NCBI GenBank assembly: GCA_964425745.1
Contig: CAYRNW010000011.1
Location: 8,505 to 72,504 of the forward strand
Source: an uncultured Eubacteriales bacterium
GTDB taxonomy: Bacteria > Bacillota > JAAYKD01
Reading direction: 5' to 3'
Length of the DNA stretch: 64,000 bases
The translations under genes were made by a program, and so were the position numbers. Of this stretch, positions 9,308 through 18,976 are shown piece after piece. The notes beneath the pieces are model-generated. The model did no database searches and was not told the origin of the DNA. It saw only the letters and a list, made by a program, of their open reading frames with translations. The number at the start of each line of letters is the position of its first letter. Positions within the stretch are counted from its first letter, which is position 1.

Positions 9308-10501
9308 TTGACAGAAGATCATCCAAGAACCTCTTGGTCAACGTTTCTGAAAGATGTCTTCATCGTTTCTTTAGGAGCGTATGGAGGGCCTGAAGCGCAT
9401 TATGGTGTGATTACAGACCAAATGATCATCAAGAAGAAATACATTAGTGAAGAGGATTTGGTGGAACTAATCGCTCTTTGTACTTTTTTGCCGGGTCCCA
9501 GCAGTACGCAAACGATTGTTTCAATTGGTTATAAAATTGGAGGTCCCACGCTTGCTTTTTTGACCCTCCTGGTGTGGGCATTACCAGTATTGACTGTGAT
9601 GACGTTACTCTCGTTCTTAGGCCAATTTCTGCAAGAACATCACCTTTCGACAAACGCATTACGTTATATTGGACCCATGGCGGTCGGATTCATCGTGGTC
9701 GCTGCAATTAATATCGGTCGCAAAGTTCTGAGCGACTCCATGACCTGGATTTTGTTTGCATTGGCGGTGGTTTTAGCGTATTTCCTCAAGTCCCCATGGG
9801 TTTTCCCAAGCCTGTTGATTCTTGGTGGCCTAATCAGCGTTTTAAGAAGCCGAGAAACGAACCTTTGGAATAAAGTGCGTCTAACGCCACCCTGGGGCTA
9901 TTTTGTTGCTTTTCTGGGGTTTGCTTTCGGTGCTTTGTTGCTGCGAGCGCTTTCGGATAACCGCATTGTGCAACTCTTTGAGAGCTTTTATCGGTATGGC
10001 TACTTGGTCATCGGTGGAGGTCAAGTCGTGGTACCGCTCATGCATACGGAGTTGGTGGAAATCAACCAATACATGACCAATCAAGAGTTCCTTACAGGAT
10101 ACGGGTTAGTGCAAGGCTTACCCGGGCCAATGTTCAGTTTCAGTGCATATGCTGGAGGGATGGCCGCACGGAATGGTAGCATGCTTTTCCAATTGGCTGG
10201 GGCGATTGCCGGTGGAATCGGCATCTTCTTACCAGGTGTGTTATTAATTTTCTTTGTTTATCCTGTTTGGGAAAATTTAAAACAGATGCGAGGGATCAAG
10301 GTTTCGCTAAAAGGAGTCAATGCGGTTGCCGCTGGTTTTATTGCTGCCGCTGCGATAACCCTAATGCAAAAGAGCGGTTTTGCTTGGGATAACATATTCG
10401 TGACAGCAATTTCGATTTTAATTCTTTGGACCAAGAAAGTTCCGGCACCGTTTTTGGTCTTGTTAACTTTAGTTGCAGGGTTTTTCATCCCTGTGTTATA
10501 A
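9308..10501 (+). CDS. chrA: Chromate efflux transporter (long-chain CHR)
   Basis: Duplicated GG...LPGP motifs (AYGGP...FLPGPSS; IGGGQ...GLPGPMF); TTG start after GGAGG. Confidence 0.9.
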   Translation: MTEDHPRTSWSTFLKDVFIVSLGAYGGPEAHYGVITDQMIIKKKYISEEDLVELIALCTFLPGPSSTQTIVSIGYKIGGPTLAFLTLLVWALPVLTVMTLLSFLGQFLQEHHLSTNALRYIGPMAVGFIVVAAINIGRKVLSDSMTWILFALAVVLAYFLKSPWVFPSLLILGGLISVLRSRETNLWNKVRLTPPWGYFVAFLGFAFGALLLRALSDNRIVQLFESFYRYGYLVIGGGQVVVPLMHTELVEINQYMTNQEFLTGYGLVQGLPGPMFSFSAYAGGMAARNGSMLFQLAGAIAGGIGIFLPGVLLIFFVYPVWENLKQMRGIKVSLKGVNAVAAGFIAAAAITLMQKSGFAWDNIFVTAISILILWTKKVPAPFLVLLTLVAGFFIPVL

Positions 10502-10538
10502 TAAAAAAACAGGAATCTACAACTAAAGGAGCAACGTC

Positions 10539-11357
10539 ATGATGAAAGCCCTCTTCTTTGATTTAGACGGAACATTACTTGATCATAAAAAGCAAATCAC
10601 TCTGGAAAGCCAGGAAGCCCTCAAACAATGCAAAGCCAATGGCATCCGTCTCTTTATTGCCACCGCTCGTCCCCCTACACTCCACAAAACTCTTGGTTTT
10701 ACACAAGAGATGCTCGATCTTTTCGATGGGGGAGTTTTCTGTAATGGTGCTTGTGTGCGATTAGAGAACAAAGATCTTTATCACTTTGTCAAACCTCATG
10801 TAGTTCGAGAGTGTTTGGAAGCCATTGAACCTTATTCGGATCTTAATATCTCCTTGCAAAGCGAAAACAACATCCACGCTTTTCGTCATCCCATTGCTGA
10901 AGATCATTTTGATAAATGGGGAATCCATCATGATGAAATGGTACCCTTGACCCAAGAAGTAATCAACCAAACCGTGAAAATGCTGGTTTTCTATGATAAC
11001 TTTGTCGATACCCAGCGAAAAGTCCCTGAAGAATTGGTGCAATGCTTGCGAACCAATTGCTTGAGTGGGGCACAATTGTATTGGACCGACGAAGGGAAAT
11101 TGGTGCAGATCATCGATGATGCGGTCAATAAAATGCAAGGCATTGAATATATCCGCCAGCAATTGCATTTGAGCAAGAAGGAAATCGCGGTCTTTGGGGA
11201 CGATGTCAACGACGTTGAAATGTTGAGGGGATTTCCTAACAGTATTGCTATGGGAAATGCTTTTGATCATGTAAAATCGGTGGCTGCTCATGTCACGTTA
11301 GCGAATGATGCCGATGGCATCGCTTATGCTCTTAAAAACATTCTCAAGTTAATTTAG
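10539..11357 (+). CDS. Cof-type HAD-IIB hydrolase
   Basis: FFDLDGTLL, ATAR, CNGA, FGDDVNDVEML and AMGNA motifs. Confidence 0.9.
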   Translation: MMKALFFDLDGTLLDHKKQITLESQEALKQCKANGIRLFIATARPPTLHKTLGFTQEMLDLFDGGVFCNGACVRLENKDLYHFVKPHVVRECLEAIEPYSDLNISLQSENNIHAFRHPIAEDHFDKWGIHHDEMVPLTQEVINQTVKMLVFYDNFVDTQRKVPEELVQCLRTNCLSGAQLYWTDEGKLVQIIDDAVNKMQGIEYIRQQLHLSKKEIAVFGDDVNDVEMLRGFPNSIAMGNAFDHVKSVAAHVTLANDADGIAYALKNILKLI

Positions 11358-11371
11358 CAAAGAAGGTACTT

Positions 11372-12598
11372 ATGCATATCATTTTTGATTTATACGGCAC
11401 ACTTTATCAGCCTGGGCTTTCGGTTATGTCTGTACTAAAGCAGATTAGTGATCGGTTGGGCTTACCATATCCGGACGAAGCAGAAGTGTATCAGTTGGTA
11501 CATCAGGATGTGGACACTTACTTAGGAGCGTTATATCCGCAAGTGGAAGATCGTGGAGCTTTAAAGGCTTTATTTCTGGCATATGAAAAGCAACATGCCG
11601 AAGGAGGAGACCTCTTTCCCGGAACCCAAGAGCTCTTGCAAACTTTACATCGCGCAGGTCATGTCTTATCGGTATGTTCCACCGGCAATGACACTTTCAT
11701 GCAAACAGTGTTACAACAAAATGGGATTGGAGAATATTTTACCCATATCAAGAGTGCAAGGCCGTACCGCTCCAAAGGAGCAGCTGTCGCAACGTTGCTT
11801 CAAGAAGGGGAGACTGCCGTCTTAGTGGGAGATACGCTCATCGATTTCCGTGCAGCTTGGGAAAATCACATCCCCAGTATCGGCGTTTCCTATGGATTTG
11901 GTGCTTCCGATGATTTCTCTGCTGCAACTTTCCGTGCCAGCAACATCGAAGAAATTTTGACTTGGCTGAATCATGTAGAAATATTCGCTAAAATCACACG
12001 GCATTGGTTGGCTAAACCGAAGGCACGAATCCTCGGGATCAATGGAGTTGATACCTCGGGCAAAACTACGTTTGCACGACACTTCCAACGTTATTTACGA
12101 TCCGTTGGTTTAACGGCCGAGGTGATCTCGCTGGATGATTTTCACAACCCCAAAGCAGTGCGATCTAAGGGTGCGAATGAGATTGAGGCCTATGAACAAA
12201 ATGCCTTTGATACAAAGAAATTGATTCAGGAAGTGTTACAGCCAATCAAGGAGCAGGGTACCTGTATCAAGGAAATCGATTGCCTTGACCTAAAAAACGA
12301 TAAATATGACAAGAAGCTGAAACTAGAGATTCATGCAGATACTCTGGTTATTTTGGAAGGGGTGCTTCTATTTAAACCGCCTCTGGAAGCTTGGTTGGAT
12401 GAACGGGTTTTTTTAGACATCTCTTTTGACGAAGTAGTGCGACGAGCCGAAAAACGTGATGTTCCCCTCTACGGACCGGAATTTTTGCAAACCTACCATC
12501 GCAAATACATTCCCATACAACAACGGTATCTTCAGAGTCATTCGCCCAAACAAAAAGCAGATTTTGTCATCGACTATAGCAACTTTTTAAGGGGATAA
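11372..12598 (+). CDS. HAD-like hydrolase fused to a uridine-kinase-like P-loop domain
   Basis: N-terminal FDLYGTL...VGDTLID; C-terminal GINGVDTSGKTT, LDDFH and ILEGV. Confidence 0.8.
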   Translation: MHIIFDLYGTLYQPGLSVMSVLKQISDRLGLPYPDEAEVYQLVHQDVDTYLGALYPQVEDRGALKALFLAYEKQHAEGGDLFPGTQELLQTLHRAGHVLSVCSTGNDTFMQTVLQQNGIGEYFTHIKSARPYRSKGAAVATLLQEGETAVLVGDTLIDFRAAWENHIPSIGVSYGFGASDDFSAATFRASNIEEILTWLNHVEIFAKITRHWLAKPKARILGINGVDTSGKTTFARHFQRYLRSVGLTAEVISLDDFHNPKAVRSKGANEIEAYEQNAFDTKKLIQEVLQPIKEQGTCIKEIDCLDLKNDKYDKKLKLEIHADTLVILEGVLLFKPPLEAWLDERVFLDISFDEVVRRAEKRDVPLYGPEFLQTYHRKYIPIQQRYLQSHSPKQKADFVIDYSNFLRG

Positions 12599-12629
12599 CC
12601 GCATAAAATAGAATGAAAGGGGCTTCTTA

Positions 12630-13058
12630 ATGGAAAACTTCAAGCCTAAAGTCGCCTTCATCTGTGTTCATAACTCTTGCCGCAGTCAAATGGCTGAAGC
12701 GCTCGGTAAACTCTTTGCTGCCGATGCTTTTGACAGTTACTCAGGCGGTACCGAGACCAAACCGCAAATCAATCAGGATGCAGTGCACCTAATCAAAGAG
12801 ATTTATAATGTGGATATGGAAGCCACGCAAACCTCTAAACTAGTGACCGATCTACCCGAGTGTGATATTGTTATCAAAATGGGCTGTGCGGTTTATTGTC
12901 CTTTTTTTCCGGGTCGTTATGAAGAAAACTGGGGCCTTGAAGACCCGACCGGAAAAAGCGACGACGAATTCAAGATCATTATTGACGTAATCGAGCGTAA
13001 TATCAAACACCTCGCCCAACGAATCCTCAACAACGAAATCACCTACGAAGACTGGTGA
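12630..13058 (+). CDS. arsC: Arsenate reductase, LMW-PTP fold
   Basis: CVHNSCRSQMAE P-loop, MGC...CP and WGLEDP. Confidence 0.88.
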   Translation: MENFKPKVAFICVHNSCRSQMAEALGKLFAADAFDSYSGGTETKPQINQDAVHLIKEIYNVDMEATQTSKLVTDLPECDIVIKMGCAVYCPFFPGRYEENWGLEDPTGKSDDEFKIIIDVIERNIKHLAQRILNNEITYEDW

Positions 13059-13071
13059 GACTTGGGGATTC

Positions 13072-13094
13072 TTGGGGACGGTTCTCTCCCCCTC
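13072..13094 (+). repeat. Family-A REP arm left of the RAYT gene
   Basis: TTGGGGACGGTTCTCTCCCCCTC, inverted relative to 14019-14037. Confidence 0.9.
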
Positions 13095-13234
13095 ATTTTA
13101 CCAAAGCGTTGCCAATTACACGGCGGCGCTTTTTTTGATCTTGATGTAAAAATAAAATGAAATAAATACAATCTTATGATATGATGTCCGAGATAGAGAT
13201 ATAGGGTTCAAGATAGAGAGAGGGAGGGAATACT

Positions 13235-14020
13235 ATGCCAAGAGATCAACGGCAGAGAAGTGAAAGTGGGATTTATCATATTGTGATGCGCGGAATTAAC
13301 CGTGCTGTTATTTTCAAAGATGAAGAAGATTGCAGTGTGTTTCTGCGTTATGTAGAAAAAGCAAAAGCAGAGGCGAAGTTTCAACTTTATGCGTATTGTT
13401 TGATGTCAAATCATATTCACTTATTATTGAAAGAGGGAGAAGAGGAGCTTGGAATCGCCTTTAGACGAATCGGTTCGGGGTTTGTAGGGTGGTACAATCG
13501 CAAATATGAGCGCTGTGGCCATCTTTTTCAAGATCGATTTCGCAGCGAGCCTGTGGAGAGTGAGCAGTACCTATTTACAGTTCTTCGATATATTCACCAA
13601 AATCCGGTAAAGGCAGGGGTTGCAAAGACCGTTCTTGAGTATCCCTGGAGTAGTATTCACGAGTATTGCTCAGCTGCCAAGCTATGCAACACGAATGATG
13701 CACTAAAATGGTATGAAAATTTAGAACCTTGCAAAAGTATAGAGGATTTTTTACGAAGCCAGGAATACGAAAGCTCGATAAAGGATTGGAACAATACAAA
13801 TTGGACGTATCAGAAAACCCTCGAATCGTATGAGTTCCTTCGAACGGCGACACCCTGGGAACAACGAGAACAGCTTTCCGAACAAGATCGATTTGAGTGG
13901 ATGAAAATTTTGATCAAGATGGAAGCACCGATTGCGAAGATCGTGCAATTAACAGAAATCAACCGTTGTTTTGTAGAAAAATCTGTTGCTGGAATTGGAA
14001 AAAGAGAGGAAAAATATTGA
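13235..14020 (+). mobile_element. REP-associated tyrosine transposase (RAYT / TnpA-Y1, HUH endonuclease)
   Basis: YHIVMRG, YCLMSNHIHLL (HUH), GHLFQDRF, YIHQNPVKAG (catalytic Tyr), YPWSS and a C-terminal HTH-like tail; flanked by inverted REP arms; no tnpB. Confidence 0.92.
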
Positions 14021-14037
14021 GGGAGAGAACCGTCCCC
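14019..14037 (-). repeat. Family-A REP arm right of the RAYT gene
   Basis: GAGGGAGAGAACCGTCCCC overlapping the TGA stop. Confidence 0.9.
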
Positions 14038-14181
14038 TAGGTAACTGACTTATGTCAGAAATACAATAAAAGTTTATGACAAATGACATAAACTAATGTT
14101 ATTTTGTAAAGGAATATTGTATTTATACCAAGAATTGACTAAAAAGCAAAAATTAACTTTACGAAAAATTTTACAAACACC

Positions 14182-14210
14182 TTGCATACTTTTTACCAGC
14201 ATGGTATAAT
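14182..14210 (+). promoter_or_regulatory. Sigma-A promoter with extended -10
   Basis: TTGCAT, 17 bp, TATAAT preceded by TG. Confidence 0.7.
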
Positions 14211-14251
14211 GACAACGTTGTTTGAGTCACAAAATTATTGGAGGGACAAAA

Positions 14252-15298
14252 ATGAAAAAGACATTATCAATCGTATTGGTGTTAGTCATGGCTTTAAGTT
14301 TATTAGCCGGCTGCAACCAAACCCCAGCACCTACCCCAACCCCAGATCCGGTTCCGGAAACCCCGACCATTGTAAAAGTTGGTTTGGGAAGTGTTCTTTC
14401 TATTGCTAAATCCAAAGATGCTGCTACCGATGTTACCCCGGTTGGACAAGCCGATGTAACCGTTGCTGCTGTTGGATTTGACAAAGATGGCAAGATTCTC
14501 AGTGTTGATATCGACACCGCTCAAACCAAAATTGCTTTTGATGCTGCTTTCGCTGTTACTTCTGACCTTACCGCCGAAGTTCCCAGCAAAACCGATCTTG
14601 GCGATGATTATGGCATGAAAAAAGCTTCCGGCATTGAAAAAGAATGGTTTGAACAAATGGCTGCTTTGGAAGAATGGATGATTGGGAAAACCATTGAAGA
14701 AGTCAAAGCGATGCCTATGGACGAAGATGGATATCCTACCGATGCAGACATGGTTGCTTCTGTAACCATGAATGTTGCTGGTTATATTGATGCTGTTGAA
14801 CAAGCTTGGACTGACGCCATTGAAGTTGAAGGTGGCGCTACCGTTGGTTTAGGCGTAAAAACCTTAATCAACAAATCCAAAGGCTATTCCATGGTGGATG
14901 GCAAAGAAACCCTTCCTTTAGCTCAAGCAGATACCTATTTAGCTGCTGTTGCTTTTGATGCCGATGATAAAGTTGTTGGCGCTGTGATCGATACCGCTCA
15001 AGTCAAAATCAAATTTGACGCTGCCGGTGTTGTTACCAACAGAGAAGATGAACTGATGACCAAACAAGAACTCAAGGAAGGCTACAACATGAAGGGCGCT
15101 TCTGGCATTGAAAAAGAATGGTATGAACAAGCCAATGCTTTAGCTGCTTGGATGGTTGGACAAACTGCTGAAGAAATCAGCGCTATGCCTTTAGATGAAG
15201 ACGGATATCCCACCGATGCGGATGTCTTGGCTTCCGTTACAGTTCATGTGACCGAATATTTAGCCGTTGTTGCAGAAGCATTTACCGTTGCTAAATAA
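14252..15298 (+). CDS. Lipoprotein with two tandem FMN-binding-like domains (candidate flavinylated electron carrier)
   Basis: Lipobox LLAGC, Pro/Thr linker, internal duplication (YGMKKASGIEKEW / YNMKGASGIEKEW; ASVT twice); adjacent to apbE. Confidence 0.7.
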   Translation: MKKTLSIVLVLVMALSLLAGCNQTPAPTPTPDPVPETPTIVKVGLGSVLSIAKSKDAATDVTPVGQADVTVAAVGFDKDGKILSVDIDTAQTKIAFDAAFAVTSDLTAEVPSKTDLGDDYGMKKASGIEKEWFEQMAALEEWMIGKTIEEVKAMPMDEDGYPTDADMVASVTMNVAGYIDAVEQAWTDAIEVEGGATVGLGVKTLINKSKGYSMVDGKETLPLAQADTYLAAVAFDADDKVVGAVIDTAQVKIKFDAAGVVTNREDELMTKQELKEGYNMKGASGIEKEWYEQANALAAWMVGQTAEEISAMPLDEDGYPTDADVLASVTVHVTEYLAVVAEAFTVAK

Positions 15299-15310
15299 GT
15301 AAAACAACAA

Positions 15311-15344
15311 AAAACTCCCTCCCTCAAACGAGGGAGGGTTTTTT
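15311..15344 (+). terminator. Intrinsic terminator
   Basis: CCCTCCCTC-AAAC-GAGGGAGGG followed by TTTTTT. Confidence 0.8.
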
Positions 15345-15374
15345 ACTTTCAACAAGAAATGTAGGATTGGTGTT

Positions 15375-16457
15375 ATGAAACGTCTTTATACAACTTTTTC
15401 AATCGTTTTTATCAGTGTTCTTCTCATCAGCCTGAGTGGGTGTAATTCCACACCTTCACTAAAACGGTATTCTTATAACTTTACAGGTGCGTTTGATACC
15501 GCCTTTCAAGTGATTGCTTATACCGAGAAAGAAGAGCACTTTAACGACTTAACTGCCTATTTGGAGAGTCGAATGCAGGAATTACATCGACTCTATGATA
15601 AATATAATACTTATGAAGGTATTACCAACCTTAAAAGTCTAAATGAACAAGCTGCCTTGGAGCCAGTACGAGTGGAGCAGCCTTTATTTGATCTTTTATT
15701 GTTTGCAAAAGAGATGAATGCGCAAACCAGTGGTAAAACCAATATTGCGTTTGGTGCGGTATTGAAAATTTGGTCTGATTATCGGGAAGACGGAATCAAT
15801 GAACCCGAGTCAGCTGCAATTCCTCCCATGGAACTTTTAGAAAAAGCAGCCGAACATACAAACATTAATGACCTAATTCTCGATGCAGAAGAACGGACGG
15901 TTTTCTACCAAGATAGCAAGCTTTCTCTTGATGTTGGTGCCGTTGGCAAGGGGTATGCTACTGAACTTGTCGTACAAGAACTGATTGAAAAAGGATACTC
16001 GTCTTTCATCCTCAGCTCAGGAGGCAATGTGCGCACGGTCGGACAGCCTTTTGAGAAAGATCGCAGCAAATGGGGAGTTGGCTTACAAGACCCAAACCGA
16101 TATGTGTTTGGTGACAATCGTACCCTCGACACAGTCTATGTAAACGATATGTCCGTCGTCAGCTCCGGTGATTATCAGCGGTATTATTATGTTGGGGATG
16201 AGAGGATTCATCACCTAATCGACCCGGCAACCCTACAACCAGCGAACTATTTCCGCGCAGTCAATATCCTGTTTGTCGATTCAGGCAAAGCAGATTTTTA
16301 CTCTACTGAGCTATTTTTACTGCCCTATGAAGAGGGACGAGCCTTTGCCGAAGCCACTCCTGGATTAGAAGCCCAATGGATCTTCCCGGATGGCAGCATT
16401 GAAATGACCGAGGGATTTGCTGCTGTAGCAAAGAGCCAAGGTGCAGTTCCCCAATAA
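15375..16457 (+). CDS. apbE: FAD:protein FMN transferase lipoprotein
   Basis: Lipobox LSGC; LDVGAVGKGY, GGNV, SSGDYQRY, HHLIDP and AD..ST motifs. Confidence 0.92.
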   Translation: MKRLYTTFSIVFISVLLISLSGCNSTPSLKRYSYNFTGAFDTAFQVIAYTEKEEHFNDLTAYLESRMQELHRLYDKYNTYEGITNLKSLNEQAALEPVRVEQPLFDLLLFAKEMNAQTSGKTNIAFGAVLKIWSDYREDGINEPESAAIPPMELLEKAAEHTNINDLILDAEERTVFYQDSKLSLDVGAVGKGYATELVVQELIEKGYSSFILSSGGNVRTVGQPFEKDRSKWGVGLQDPNRYVFGDNRTLDTVYVNDMSVVSSGDYQRYYYVGDERIHHLIDPATLQPANYFRAVNILFVDSGKADFYSTELFLLPYEEGRAFAEATPGLEAQWIFPDGSIEMTEGFAAVAKSQGAVPQ

Positions 16458-16477
16458 GTTTTGAAAGGAGTCTAGTC

Positions 16478-17014
16478 ATGACAAAAATTCATCTGGTTGC
16501 TCTGAATGGCAGTCTGCGAAAACAATCGTTTAACCTCGCAGCCTTGCGTTACCTGCAAACCATCCTTCCTGAACACGTGACCCTTGAGATCCTTGACTTA
16601 TCGCAGATCCCTTTCTTCAATGAAGATGTAGAAGCGGAAGGGATTCCCGCGGTGGTTCAAGCATTTCGCGAAAAAATCACGGCGGCACAAGGTATCCTTT
16701 TGGCAACACCGGAATATAATTATTCAATTCCACCGGTTCTGAAAAATGCCTTAGATTGGGCATCGCGCGGGAAGAATATTATGGCCAAAAAACCGACCGC
16801 CATTTTAAGTGCCTCGATTGGCATGTTTGGTGGCGCTAGGGTGCAGTATCATTTAAGACAAGTCACCACTGCACTCGATATGCGTACACTTAACAAACCG
16901 GAAGTTTTCATTACCAGTGCCGGAAGCAAGGTGAACGATCGGGGTGAATTGACCGATGAGCGCAGCCAAAGTAATCTCAAAAAGCTTTTGGACGCTCTTT
17001 TAGAAAGTATCTAA
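16478..17014 (+). CDS. NADPH-dependent FMN reductase (ChrR/SsuE-like)
   Basis: GSLRKQSFN, TPEYNYSIPPVLKNALDWASR and GGARVQ. Confidence 0.9.
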   Translation: MTKIHLVALNGSLRKQSFNLAALRYLQTILPEHVTLEILDLSQIPFFNEDVEAEGIPAVVQAFREKITAAQGILLATPEYNYSIPPVLKNALDWASRGKNIMAKKPTAILSASIGMFGGARVQYHLRQVTTALDMRTLNKPEVFITSAGSKVNDRGELTDERSQSNLKKLLDALLESI

Positions 17015-17037
17015 CCAAAGTGGAAAGGTGGGGTTCT

Positions 17038-17973
17038 ATGTCATACAACCTTCCCTCTAAAATCGGCTATGCCTGCATCACGCTCGACATGCCGATACGA
17101 GGATACAGGACTTGTAAGCAAAAAAATGCGACCCCTGAGTTGCTATATGAGTTGATCGAACATAATTTGGAAGTTCTTGATGCTCAACTGCTGTACAATC
17201 AACGGGAAGAAATCAAGCTGTTTCGCATCAGTTCAGACATTATTCCTTTTGGTTCGAGCCCTGTCAACACCTTACCATGGTGGGAAATCTTTGCACCGCA
17301 ATTTGAGGAATTAGCAAAATTAATCACACAAAGCCAAGCCAGAGTTTCCATGCACCCCGGGCAATATACAGTAATCAACTCGCCAAATCCGGATGTGGTA
17401 GAGCGAGCTGTGGCAGATTTGGAATATCATGCACGGTTCCTAGACGCTTTACAAACCAATGGGGAACATAAGCTGATCCTGCATGTGGGGGGCGTATACG
17501 GGAACCGCCAGGAAGCAATGGCTCGTTTTGCCGACAGCTATGAGCGCTTGCCTCAACAGGTTTTAAAGAGGTTGGTCATTGAAAATGATGATAAATCGTA
17601 TCCCATTGGTGATGTTTTAGATCTTGGGCACATGCTTCACATACCGGTTGTCTATGATAATCTGCATAACGCAGTACTTCCAACAGATCTTGCCACAGAT
17701 GACAAGACTTGGATCAAAGAAGCAAAAGCCACCTGGAGTGAAAAGGATGGAAATCAGAAGATCCATTACTCGCAACAAGACCCTGAAAAAAGAGTTGGCT
17801 CTCATTCGGAATCGATTGAGGTTAGAGAATTTCTTTCTTTTTATGAAAAACTTGAGACGCCAGCTCCCGATATTATGCTAGAAGTGAAAGACAAGAATCG
17901 CTCTGCCGTTGCATGTATCCACGCATTAAAACAAATTTCTATAGATTCCATTGAAAAAGCAGGAAAATTCTAA
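17038..17973 (+). CDS. uvsE: UV DNA damage endonuclease
   Basis: IGYAC, FRISSD, SMHPGQY, HVGG, IENDD, HYS and MLEVKDK motifs. Confidence 0.92.
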   Translation: MSYNLPSKIGYACITLDMPIRGYRTCKQKNATPELLYELIEHNLEVLDAQLLYNQREEIKLFRISSDIIPFGSSPVNTLPWWEIFAPQFEELAKLITQSQARVSMHPGQYTVINSPNPDVVERAVADLEYHARFLDALQTNGEHKLILHVGGVYGNRQEAMARFADSYERLPQQVLKRLVIENDDKSYPIGDVLDLGHMLHIPVVYDNLHNAVLPTDLATDDKTWIKEAKATWSEKDGNQKIHYSQQDPEKRVGSHSESIEVREFLSFYEKLETPAPDIMLEVKDKNRSAVACIHALKQISIDSIEKAGKF

Positions 17974-18024
17974 AGGAAGTGGAACTAAAGCGGAGGAATC
18001 ATTCTAGAACACGGAGGCAAAAGT

Positions 18025-18819
18025 ATGGAAAGAAAAACCAGCGGCTTAAAAATTTTCACCACGGTTACCTTCTTAGTCATGATCGTCGCAAACGCTTTAG
18101 CCAATATCTTACCCCTCAATGGCATCAATACGGGGGAGGTATCGGATTCGTATCCGAATTTGTTTGCACCTGCAGGAATTACCTTTAGTATTTGGGGTGT
18201 CATCTACCTCTTACTGGCGGGCTATATCTTGTATCAGCATGGCCTTTTTCAGAAGAATCCTCAGCACCAAAAACTGATCAGCCGTATCAGTTGGCTCTTT
18301 TCGGTTTCCTCGGTCGCAAATGCGGTTTGGATTTTTGCATGGCATTACCGCTTGATTCCCATCTCCATGATTTTAATGCTGGTCATTTTATTGTGCCTGA
18401 TTGTCATCAATCAGATGATTTATAAAATCAAATTCACGCTACAAGAGAAGATTTTTATAAAAATACCGTTTGGTGTTTACTTTGGCTGGATTACAATCGC
18501 AACGATTGCAAATTTAACAACAATGCTGGTTGACATGGATTGGAACGGATTTGGGATTTCTGAACCAATTTGGATGTTGATTGTCTTAGCTGTTGGGGTT
18601 CTCATTGGGGGAGCAACTATGTTGAAGCAACGAAATATGCCCTACGGATTCGTTCTCATCTGGGCTTATGCTGGAATTTGGATCAAACACACTTCTGAAA
18701 CCGGGTTTAACAACCAATATTTCAGTATTGTTGCTGCCACTCTGATCGGCATATGTTTATTCATCATCGCCGAAATTTACCTGCTGATCCCTCAAAGAGA
18801 AAAGCCATTGATTAAATAA
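18025..18819 (+). CDS. TspO/MBR-like membrane protein
   Basis: FAPAGITFSIWGVIY and YFGWITIAT; multi-TM. Confidence 0.7.
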   Translation: MERKTSGLKIFTTVTFLVMIVANALANILPLNGINTGEVSDSYPNLFAPAGITFSIWGVIYLLLAGYILYQHGLFQKNPQHQKLISRISWLFSVSSVANAVWIFAWHYRLIPISMILMLVILLCLIVINQMIYKIKFTLQEKIFIKIPFGVYFGWITIATIANLTTMLVDMDWNGFGISEPIWMLIVLAVGVLIGGATMLKQRNMPYGFVLIWAYAGIWIKHTSETGFNNQYFSIVAATLIGICLFIIAEIYLLIPQREKPLIK

Positions 18820-18833
18820 AGAGCGCCTACATG

Positions 18834-18861
18834 AAATCCCTCCTGATTCAGGGGGGATTTT
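18834..18861 (+). terminator. Intrinsic terminator
   Basis: AAATCCCTCCTG/CAGGGGGGATTT hairpin. Confidence 0.65.
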
Positions 18862-18976
18862 CTCTCTTCATGGACTTTTTGGTCGGTTACTCTTTCTTTC
18901 GCTTGCATGGCAGGAAATCAGACTTGAAAAGCGAAAGAAGGGGGCATCACATAGTACAGAGAGGAATGGACAAACC

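Noticed and set aside
13235-14020. IS200/IS605 element with TnpB
   Set aside because: There is no tnpB, the protein is longer than IS200 TnpA and has RAYT-type motifs, and its flanks are the dispersed repeat family.
14071-14180. Rex-like or palindromic operators upstream of the FMN-binding lipoprotein
   Set aside because: There are three or more mismatches to TTGTGAA-N4-TTCACAA in AT-rich DNA.
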